Below are positions 28,340 to 35,782 of a DNA stretch of 35,782 bases, piece after piece. The translations under genes were made by a program, and so were the position numbers. The stretch is from sequence record SRR22947727_1908. One strand, written 5' to 3'. The notes beneath the pieces are model-generated. The model saw nothing but the letters and a program-made list of their open reading frames with translations. It had not been told where the DNA came from and made no database searches. Numbering within the stretch: the stretch's first letter is position 1; each line of letters starts with the position of its first letter.

Positions 28340-29860
28340 TTATTGATTTGCCCCCATGAATTCAACAGCGCTGGAGCCAGCGATACGCCCAAAAGTTGCC
28401 CCTGACATTAGGCCAGTTCCACTGGCGTAGTTGTGATAAAAAAGACCTCCAACCATTTCCCCTGCTGCAAAAAGTCCTGGGATCAATCCACCAAAAATAT
28501 TCTCCACCTGTGCTTTTGTTGTGACCTTTACTCCCCCGAAGGTGAAAGTTACGCCAGTAGTAACGTGATAGGCATGAAAAGGAGGTGTATCTATCGGACA
28601 AGCCCAGTTTGTTTTATCAATGGTGAGGCCATGAGTGGCTTTTCCGTCTAAAACATTTGGATTGAATTGGGCAGAAGTGTCACAGGCTTCATTAAATGCT
28701 TTTATTGTTTGCAGAAACTTGCGTGGGTTCACGCCGTCCAATTTTTCGGCCAGTTCTTCAAGAGAATTTGCTTCAGCCTTAGTGGTTCGCCTGATAAAAT
28801 ACTCACTTCGCAGAAGAGAGGTGGATTTAGCATCAAATATTTGCCACGCCTGCATTCCAGGTTGCTTTAGGATTTCACCCCCATACTTTGCATAGGTGTG
28901 ACTATGGAAATTTAGTCCCTCATCGACATATCTCTCGCCGTCTAGATTTACAATTACCCCATAGGGATAATTATGTTTCTGAAATTGATCGCCAATTGAT
29001 AGGTCGCCATATGGAGGTGCGTTAACATCCCAAGCTACAGAGTGGCAGCCCGACCAGTTGCCATAAGGCATAGCTCCGGCGGCAAGTGCCATATTAAGGC
29101 CGGCACCCATATTGTATTTTGTGCCGCGAACCTTTGCTAGGTCCCATCCAGGCCCCAGGTATCTTGCCCGCATTTCTGGGTTTGACTCAAAACTTCCGCA
29201 TGCAAGTATAACTGCCTTGCAGTTTAGGTCGAACGATTGCTGTTTATGAGATGCTTTTATTCCCGTAACCCTCTGGTCTTGCATCAGCAACTGATTGACA
29301 GGCGTTTCGTAAGCAATGGCAATTTCCAGTTTTTCAGCTGTTGCGTAGAGCGCTTTCAATAATTCCGGGCCACCGCCCCATATGTGGAGCGCGAGACCAC
29401 CCCAAAATTTAAATTTTCCGTCAATTTTGTATGCCTGCCTGCCAAGACCGGGTTGTAGCTTAACTCCTCTTTCGGAAATCCATTTTGCGCTAGCGTGACT
29501 ATTCCTGATCAATGTTTCACACAGATCTGCGTCCGTTCTGTATTGAGTTAGTTCGAACATATCATCAAAATATTGATCAACGCTATAGCTTCCAAAATCG
29601 ATGTTTTTTAACTCCTCTGGCGAAATGTCTGGGTAGATATCCAGGATATCATCGACACCAGAGTAAGCAAATCGGAAAGCTCCGCCGGTAAAATGTGAGT
29701 TTCCTCCTTTTTCATTCTCAGGCGCTGCCTCACAAATTAACACCTTGGCACCTTTTTCTCTTGCAGAAATAGCGGCGCATAAAGCTGCGTTACCAGCACC
29801 CACCACAATGATGTCGGGGTTATAACTTAGGATTTCGCTAAGGTCGTTCAATTGTGGCAT
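28340..29860 (-). CDS. tcuA: TcuA-like FAD-dependent tricarballylate dehydrogenase family flavoprotein
   Basis: Contains VVGAGNAALCAA..A, GGNS.FTGGAFR, GRQA.K.DG...FWGG, WD.AKVRG, YP.G..VN..G.R..DEG, G.TFTFGG and GLF..NY.SG.GL.SG..FGRIAG. Start moved to ATG 29860. Confidence 0.8.
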   Translation of the reverse strand: MPQLNDLSEILSYNPDIIVVGAGNAALCAAISAREKGAKVLICEAAPENEKGGNSHFTGGAFRFAYSGVDDILDIYPDISPEELKNIDFGSYSVDQYFDDMFELTQYRTDADLCETLIRNSHASAKWISERGVKLQPGLGRQAYKIDGKFKFWGGLALHIWGGGPELLKALYATAEKLEIAIAYETPVNQLLMQDQRVTGIKASHKQQSFDLNCKAVILACGSFESNPEMRARYLGPGWDLAKVRGTKYNMGAGLNMALAAGAMPYGNWSGCHSVAWDVNAPPYGDLSIGDQFQKHNYPYGVIVNLDGERYVDEGLNFHSHTYAKYGGEILKQPGMQAWQIFDAKSTSLLRSEYFIRRTTKAEANSLEELAEKLDGVNPRKFLQTIKAFNEACDTSAQFNPNVLDGKATHGLTIDKTNWACPIDTPPFHAYHVTTGVTFTFGGVKVTTKAQVENIFGGLIPGLFAAGEMVGGLFYHNYASGTGLMSGATFGRIAGSSAVEFMGANQ

Positions 29861-31223
29861 TTTCGATAAACTCCGATAAGTGCTGGATGTCAGAAACATC
29901 TTGGAAATTTTGAAGCTTGTTTGCTAACTCAACTTCGCTGCCACGCGCTAAAACCCCAACGCAACAATCATAGAACTTATTTATGAGTGCGTTTTCTGGT
30001 AACGGGTGGTTCTTATCACGGCCTACAGGCGCGTCTACAAATTTTTGTAAATTTCTCCCATCTTTTGTCGTGATAGTCAATTCTGCGTAGTAAACATTCT
30101 TTTCATTTGGTTTCGATTCTGGGTGGGGTTCTGCTCTGATGTTGGTGGCCAGAAATTGTTGTATTTCCGGTTCATTAACTGCATTATCTGAAAAATCAGA
30201 CAAGGAAATCTTTCCATTTTGTAATGCACGACTGACCACGTATTGTACGGAAAACTTGCCATCAAAACCTGTTTTTACCTCTGGTCGATCAGTATGTTTA
30301 AGTCGCCGTGGGTGCGTCCATGAGAGCACTGACTGGATATCGCTCAATTGCAAATCATGTTCTCTTTTGAGCGCGATCGCAGCATCAACAGCGGGGTGGG
30401 TACTGCCACAGCAGGGGTGAAGCTTAACCGCAATTCCAGGTTCAACAATTTCGAAGGGGTCGCCCCAAGCTTCGAGCAAACGGTCGGGGTCATAATTACC
30501 TCGCCCATTGTAAACTTCAAAAAATCCCTGCTGCCCCTCCAGTGCAACGGAACCGGCTGTCAAGCCTGCGTCTGCCATTCGAACAGCGAGCAGGCCATTT
30601 CTTGTGCAATGGCCAACGTGGTATGGTTTAGTATATGTGCCAAAGTTAGCTTTTATACCAGAAGCCATGGAAGCTGCGATTGCAATTGCGGTCGCGGTTT
30701 TGTCAACGTCTAAGTTTTGCAATCGAGCGTTTGCCGCTACAGCACCAAAAATTCCGAGAGTGGTGGTGGGGTGCCACCCTTTTTCATAATGGTGGAAATT
30801 TAACACTTTCGCCATTGCACAAATAGTCTCGACGCCTACTGTATAGGCCTCAATAACATCCCGTCCATTAGCGTGCATGCTTTCGCTGTTTGCTAGAAGA
30901 CCAGCTAAAATTGGCACGGTAGGATGACCGCCCATGGTGTTGTTACAATCATCAAAATCAAGCGCATGCGACGACGTGCCATTTATCATGGCGGCATCGA
31001 GCATGCTTACCTTGAGTTTTTTTCCATAGATAAGAGCGCCATCTCTAGTGTTCTTCGCTTCAAGCGCTTTAATGACAGATTGTGTTGCCTCACTTTTTGA
31101 TCCAATGAGGGTAACGCCAACTGTGTCCAGCAGAGCGGAATTTGCTGATTCAATGATCCTTTGATCTGCAACGTCTACCTTAGAATTTATGATGCGGTCA
31201 GCTAGAATGTAGGATAAAGACAA
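29838..31223 (-). CDS. MmgE/PrpD family protein (paralogue E; iminodisuccinate-epimerase-like His/Tyr pair)
   Basis: Contains NGTSSHALDFDDCNNTMGGHP, HHYEKGWHPT, KPYHVG, KLHPCCGSTH and GKFSVQY. TTG start; overlaps the tcuA start by 23 nt. Confidence 0.9.
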   Translation of the reverse strand: MSLSYILADRIINSKVDVADQRIIESANSALLDTVGVTLIGSKSEATQSVIKALEAKNTRDGALIYGKKLKVSMLDAAMINGTSSHALDFDDCNNTMGGHPTVPILAGLLANSESMHANGRDVIEAYTVGVETICAMAKVLNFHHYEKGWHPTTTLGIFGAVAANARLQNLDVDKTATAIAIAASMASGIKANFGTYTKPYHVGHCTRNGLLAVRMADAGLTAGSVALEGQQGFFEVYNGRGNYDPDRLLEAWGDPFEIVEPGIAVKLHPCCGSTHPAVDAAIALKREHDLQLSDIQSVLSWTHPRRLKHTDRPEVKTGFDGKFSVQYVVSRALQNGKISLSDFSDNAVNEPEIQQFLATNIRAEPHPESKPNEKNVYYAELTITTKDGRNLQKFVDAPVGRDKNHPLPENALINKFYDCCVGVLARGSEVELANKLQNFQDVSDIQHLSEFIENATIERP

Positions 31224-31339
31224 TAAAAAATTCCTTATTCATTGCGCAGGGTTTTTTGTGTATGGTCTTATCGTGTGGCGTTCTCAATTGAACCTAATAT
31301 TAACAATTTTTTCAATAGATAAATTAAACGGAGGATGTA

Positions 31340-32737
31340 ATGGGTCACGCTGGAGGTATCGGAAATCCCTACTCAATGGGTATTGCAAATTTTGTTTCCA
31401 GCTTCGATCTCCTGAATGTTCCGGATAATGTCAAACATAGAGCAAAACTCTTGTTTCTAGACAGTATTGGTTGCGGCCTTTATGGAGCACGTCTGGAGTG
31501 GACACGGAAGTTGATTGCAGCCATCACAAAAGTTGATCAGACCAAAAGCTGTTCATTATTAGCTGGTCTGGAGAAGATGGGGCCACTGCACGCAGCACTT
31601 GTAAATGGAACGCAAATCCAGGGATTTGAATTAGATGATGTCCATCGAAAGGGTGTGCTGCATGTTGGCGCTGTTACCTTGCCGCCACTTTTCGCGTTGG
31701 CAGAACTGAAGCCTGAGATCACTGGCAATGATTTTTTGCGAGCGGCTATCGCGGGTTATGAAATAGGGCCTCGAGTTGGCTTGTGTATGGGGCAAGAACA
31801 TATTGGCCAAGGTTGGCATTCCGGCGCGACAGTTGGTGTTTTTTCTGCAGTTGCCGGCGCTTCGAATCTATTGAAATTGACAGCTGAGGAAACATTGCAT
31901 GCAATCGGTATAGCTGGAACCCAATCGTCTGGTTTGATGGCGGCCCAATTTGGTGCAATGGTCAAGCGTATGCATGCTGGTAAATCTGCTCACAGTGGCT
32001 TGCTTGCGGCGTTGCTTGCAAAAGAGGGCTTTACAGGTATCGTGGATGTCTTTGAGGCGCCATATGGTGGATTTTGTTCAACATTTTCTCGATCGGAGGA
32101 TCGTTTCGATCTTGAACAATTAGTTGCAGGTCTTGGGGAAGAGTACCAACTAATGAATATCGCGTTGAAGTTCTATTCTTGTGTTGGCTCGAATCATACG
32201 ACCCTAGATGCGATAAAAGACATACAGAAACGGCGCCCATTTTCTGTGGATGACTTCAAAGAAATACGAGTTTTTGGTTCGCGAGTAACAGTCGATCATG
32301 TTGGTTGGGACTATCGACCAGAAGGTCTTACGTCTGCTCAATTAAACTTGCCTTTTTGCGTCGCAACACTACTTTTGGAGGGTGATGTTTTCGTAGACCA
32401 GTTCACTTCAGATTGTGTGGGTGATCCAGCTAGAATTGAGCTGTCTCGGAGAATTAAGGTGATCCACGACCCAAACATTACGAAAAGAGGTTCTGGATAT
32501 CGGCATATGGTCAGGGTCGAAGTTGAGTTTGAAAATGGTGATCTTGAGAGTGAAACAAGGGAGTACCCACGAGGTAGTGAATACGACTTTGCAAGTGATG
32601 AGGAAATCATAAGTAAATTTAGAACATTGGCGAAAAGCTCGATCAGTGACACGTCAGTAAAAAATATAGTCGACATGGTAATGAATATCGAGGCGCTGGG
32701 ATCTGCCGATCTGTTATTGGCAGAGATGTCGGGGTAA
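31340..32737 (+). CDS. MmgE/PrpD family protein (paralogue F)
   Basis: Contains NGTQIQGFELDDVHRKGVLH, GWHSG, KRMHAG, KFYSCVGSNH and AQLNLPF. RBS GGAGG. Confidence 0.9.
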   Translation: MGHAGGIGNPYSMGIANFVSSFDLLNVPDNVKHRAKLLFLDSIGCGLYGARLEWTRKLIAAITKVDQTKSCSLLAGLEKMGPLHAALVNGTQIQGFELDDVHRKGVLHVGAVTLPPLFALAELKPEITGNDFLRAAIAGYEIGPRVGLCMGQEHIGQGWHSGATVGVFSAVAGASNLLKLTAEETLHAIGIAGTQSSGLMAAQFGAMVKRMHAGKSAHSGLLAALLAKEGFTGIVDVFEAPYGGFCSTFSRSEDRFDLEQLVAGLGEEYQLMNIALKFYSCVGSNHTTLDAIKDIQKRRPFSVDDFKEIRVFGSRVTVDHVGWDYRPEGLTSAQLNLPFCVATLLLEGDVFVDQFTSDCVGDPARIELSRRIKVIHDPNITKRGSGYRHMVRVEVEFENGDLESETREYPRGSEYDFASDEEIISKFRTLAKSSISDTSVKNIVDMVMNIEALGSADLLLAEMSG

Positions 32738-32743
32738 CGGTTC

Positions 32744-33637
32744 GTGGCCCTCGAATCAAAGTCATTACTGAAGTTGCTCTGTGAGAGAAAAATCACAATT
32801 TTTCCAGGTGTCTATGATGGGTACAGTGCGCGGCTTGTTTCTGCAAGTGGCTTTGAAACAGCAACAATTTCAGGCGCTGGCTTGTCAGAGTCCCGTCTCG
32901 GATGGGCAGACCGAGGTATATTAACCTTCAAAGATAACCTAAACGCTTGTGCAGAGATCGCGTCATGTTGTGATCTAAAATTAGTGGCTGATGCAGATAC
33001 TGGATACGGAAACGCAGTAAATGTTCATTTTACTGTAAAGGCTTTCGAAAGGGCCGGTGTCCATTGTCTTTCTATTGAGGACCAAGTTTTTCCAAAAAGA
33101 TGTGGGCACATGTCTGGCAAAAGACTGATTTCTTTGTCAGAGGCGAAAGATAAAATAAAAGCAGCTGTTGATGCTAGAATGTCAGATGAATTTCTGATTC
33201 GCGCACGTACTGATGCCGCAAATATTGATGGGGTAAATGCGGCTGTTGATCGTTTGGGGGAGTACATTGAATGCGGTGCGGATTGCGTTTTTGCTGACGC
33301 TCTCCATAATATAGACGATATCAAGACTATCGCGAGTGCTGCTGCAAAGCCGTTGTTTGTCAACATGGGGTTTGGCCTTCGTAAGCGCTCCACAACCCCC
33401 TTAATCAGCCCAACTGAACTTGAGTCCATAGGGGTTAAGGCAGTTTCATATCCTCGCCTTCTCACCTCAGCAGCAGTTAGGGGAATGCGTCTAGCAATTG
33501 ATGCTTTCAATAGTGATGTCGTTGGCAAGGGGCTAACGGTGGATCGGCCCGATCTCGCCGTTGATTTTGATGAGTTGAATGAGCTAGTTGGCCTGGATTT
33601 TCTCTCCTCTCTCGAAGAGCGTTTTGTCAAAGATTAA
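32744..33637 (+). CDS. Isocitrate lyase/PEP mutase family lyase (dimethylmalate lyase/PrpB-like)
   Basis: Contains PGVYDG.SAR, ISGAG, DADTGYGNAVNV, IEDQVFPKRCGHMSGK, ARTDA and VNMG. GTG start 6 nt after paralogue F. Confidence 0.88.
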   Translation: MALESKSLLKLLCERKITIFPGVYDGYSARLVSASGFETATISGAGLSESRLGWADRGILTFKDNLNACAEIASCCDLKLVADADTGYGNAVNVHFTVKAFERAGVHCLSIEDQVFPKRCGHMSGKRLISLSEAKDKIKAAVDARMSDEFLIRARTDAANIDGVNAAVDRLGEYIECGADCVFADALHNIDDIKTIASAAAKPLFVNMGFGLRKRSTTPLISPTELESIGVKAVSYPRLLTSAAVRGMRLAIDAFNSDVVGKGLTVDRPDLAVDFDELNELVGLDFLSSLEERFVKD

Positions 33638-33659
33638 TGAAAAGAAAAGGTTTAGAATC

Positions 33660-35021
33660 GTGTCTGATCCGATTTTGATTGAAGAAAAATTATATGACTA
33701 TATTTTTGCAGCGCCTCATCAAGAATTACCTGAAAAAATTGAGTCTAAAACTAGGGTGCATCTATTAGACACATTAGTTGCAATAATTTCCGGCACGACC
33801 CTGTTACCGGGAAAGGTTGCGACTAATTTTGTTGGATCCATACCGTCTAAACCTACGTGCACTCTAATCGGCACCCCAAAAAAGGTGGGTGTCTTCGAAG
33901 CTGCTTTGGTCAATGGGATGATCGCGCACGCGGATGAGACAGATGACAGTCATCTGGCAGGGCGGTTCCACCCGGGCTGCGCTATAGTTCCCGCAGCTAT
34001 TGCTGCTGCAGAAACCGCTAATGCGAGCTCTGAGGTTTTGCTGCGGGCTATAGCTCTGGGTTATGAGATTGGGGCGCGATGTAATATGGCGCTCGGTGTC
34101 CGCGACCCCAGCAAGGCTAAGTTTTCTACGCATTGCTTTGGCGGTTTGTTCGGAGCTGCAGCGTCATCATCTGCTTGTTTGGGCCTTGAACGCGAAGAAA
34201 TCAATAGCCTGATGTCATTTACCGTCCAGCAAGCGTCAGGTTTGCCGTATTGGAACAGAGATCCCGATCACATTGAAAAGGCTTTTGTTTTTGGAGGAAA
34301 AGGAGCGCGGGACGGCTTGTACTCGGCTTTTTTTGCCAAGTCGAAAATGACTTCACCACCTAATCCTTTCACGGGGAAACGAGGTTTGTTTGCTTGTTTT
34401 GCTGAAGATCCCGAGCCGGAAAAGTTGACAGACCGATTAGGCGATGTTTTTGAAATTGACAATGCATCAATTAAGAAGTGGTGTGTTGGATCTCCGATGC
34501 AATCTGTTTTGGACGCTCTGGAAACCATTGCATCTAAGCAAAGCTTTGATCCTGATTTTATTGAAAAGATCAGTTTAACCATGCCGTCAGACCGTATACA
34601 CATTGTTGATAACGCGTCTATGCCAACTGTTTGTCTTCAGCATTTAGTGGCGTTGATGATTTTTACAGGTGACTGTAAGTTTGCGGATGCGCATGATGAG
34701 TCTCTGATGACTAATCCTGGAATTTTGAAAATTCGGGAGAAAATTGAGGTCATAAAATCTGATGCTCTCGCCAGAGCAAAGCCAGCGCGGCAATCCATTG
34801 TAAATATCAAGCTCTCGAATGGTGATGAATTGAGCCATCATGCAAAAGTTGTGCATGGAACCCCGCAAAGGCCGATGAATAGGGAAGATGTGGCCAAGAA
34901 AACTACTTCTATTCTCAGTTCAGTCTCGAATAAGGATTTCTCTCAGTTATTAGATATTTGTCTGGAGCAGAAAAAGTTTAGCATAGCGGAGTTGCTGAAA
35001 AGCTGTGAGATAGCACATTGA
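33660..35021 (+). CDS. MmgE/PrpD family protein (paralogue G, most divergent)
   Basis: Contains NGMIAHADETDDSHLAGRFHPG, FSTHCFGG, HIEKAFVFGG, IKKWCVGSPMQ and GTP.RPM. Start moved to GTG 33660. Confidence 0.88.
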   Translation: MSDPILIEEKLYDYIFAAPHQELPEKIESKTRVHLLDTLVAIISGTTLLPGKVATNFVGSIPSKPTCTLIGTPKKVGVFEAALVNGMIAHADETDDSHLAGRFHPGCAIVPAAIAAAETANASSEVLLRAIALGYEIGARCNMALGVRDPSKAKFSTHCFGGLFGAAASSSACLGLEREEINSLMSFTVQQASGLPYWNRDPDHIEKAFVFGGKGARDGLYSAFFAKSKMTSPPNPFTGKRGLFACFAEDPEPEKLTDRLGDVFEIDNASIKKWCVGSPMQSVLDALETIASKQSFDPDFIEKISLTMPSDRIHIVDNASMPTVCLQHLVALMIFTGDCKFADAHDESLMTNPGILKIREKIEVIKSDALARAKPARQSIVNIKLSNGDELSHHAKVVHGTPQRPMNREDVAKKTTSILSSVSNKDFSQLLDICLEQKKFSIAELLKSCEIAH

Positions 35022-35092
35022 TCAATATTGAGTTTGGTATCCCTAGTGCTTTCCTGATCACAGTTCGGTGTAAATTTTAGAAAGAAATAACA

Positions 35093-35782
35093 ATGACACT
35101 TGAATTGTTGATCATACCAGTCGCAGCATTTGTGGCTGCGGTTATAAGTGGTTTGGGTGGCTTTGGTGGGGCATTAATTTTGGTCATAATCCTCACTCCT
35201 ATTGTCGGTGTAAAGGCTGTGATACCTCTAATTTCGGTATTCGCAACGTGCAATAATTTGAGCCGCGTTTTTATTTATCGGAAATCGATTGTATGGAAAA
35301 CTGCAGCTCAATTCACGGCAGCGTCAATACCCGGAGTCTATTTTGGCGCAAAGATTTTGGATTGGTTGCCAGAGAGAGCGTTGCTCTTCGTGCTTGGATT
35401 GACATTGTTGGGCGCAATTCCTTTGGGCCGCTATTTGAAAAAAAGTGAGTTCACCTCCGGAGTGAAAACAATTGTTGCTTTTGGAGCTGTGTTTGGTCTT
35501 GTTAGTGGTGCAACCGCAGGAACAGGAATGTTTGTCATAGCTGGCCTCAATAGTGCTGGCTTGCGTGGCCCTGTTCTTTTGGGAACTGATGCTGTTATAG
35601 GTTTTTTCAATGGAACTATGCGAGCGAGCGTTTATTCAGCACTTGGGTTGTTAACCCCACAGATGATTATATCTGGTCTAATGATGGGCGCTCTTACGGT
35701 TCCCGGAAACTGGGTAGCTAGCAAGATCGTAAGTAGAATGGGTGATAATATCCATGCAAAATTGATCGAGGCACTTATTGCG
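35093..35782 (+). CDS. Sulfite exporter TauE/SafE family membrane protein, 3'-truncated by the window edge (absent from the ORF track)
   Basis: ATG 35093 opens a frame running to the window end: MTLELLIIPVAAFVAAVISGLGGFGGALIL...SIPGVYFGA...FGLVSGATAGTG...LLGTDAVIG. Confidence 0.82.
   Translation, partial: MTLELLIIPVAAFVAAVISGLGGFGGALILVIILTPIVGVKAVIPLISVFATCNNLSRVFIYRKSIVWKTAAQFTAASIPGVYFGAKILDWLPERALLFVLGLTLLGAIPLGRYLKKSEFTSGVKTIVAFGAVFGLVSGATAGTGMFVIAGLNSAGLRGPVLLGTDAVIGFFNGTMRASVYSALGLLTPQMIISGLMMGALTVPGNWVASKIVSRMGDNIHAKLIEALIA

Noticed and set aside
33025-33630. 201-aa antisense ORF inside the second lyase (likewise the other short overlapping ORFs in the track)
   Set aside because: Ser/Arg-rich mirror of the sense codons, with no family signature.
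10628-35021. Calling the island a methylcitrate cycle (prpD/prpB) locus
   Set aside because: No prpC, prpE, acnD or prpF is in view, and the paralogues lack the GHPSDN signature of canonical PrpD.

Overview
Bacterial, probably alphaproteobacterial, chromosomal window; the gene set is reminiscent of marine SAR116-like genomes (inference only). It has two parts. (1) 1-10141 looks like host chromosome and is more GC-rich by eye. It encodes ureidoglycine aminohydrolase, a PA4872-type oxaloacetate decarboxylase, a YghU-type GST, an MFS transporter, a CaiB/BaiF CoA-transferase, an SLC13/TrkA-C permease and a DUF3604-like PHP-fold protein. (2) About 10.2 kb to the window end is a compositionally distinct, densely packed catabolic island of at least 25 kb. 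It holds seven MmgE/PrpD-family paralogues with different active-site signatures and two ICL/PrpB-family lyases. It also encodes a TcuA-like flavoprotein without tcuB, an AtuA-like/DUF4387 pair, a TauD-family dioxygenase, an MLE-subgroup enolase, a cytoplasmic CapA-like metallohydrolase, a Tyr-less SDR, a cupin, a LysR regulator, a TctC plus TctA-TctB-fusion transporter and a TauE/SafE exporter. No prpC, acnD or prpF is in view, so this is not a standard methylcitrate operon. It most plausibly encodes an uncharacterised polycarboxylate (possibly amino- or sulfo-polycarboxylate) degradation system. No rRNA, tRNA, CRISPR, integrase or transposase was recognised. All family calls come from motif recognition, not database searches.
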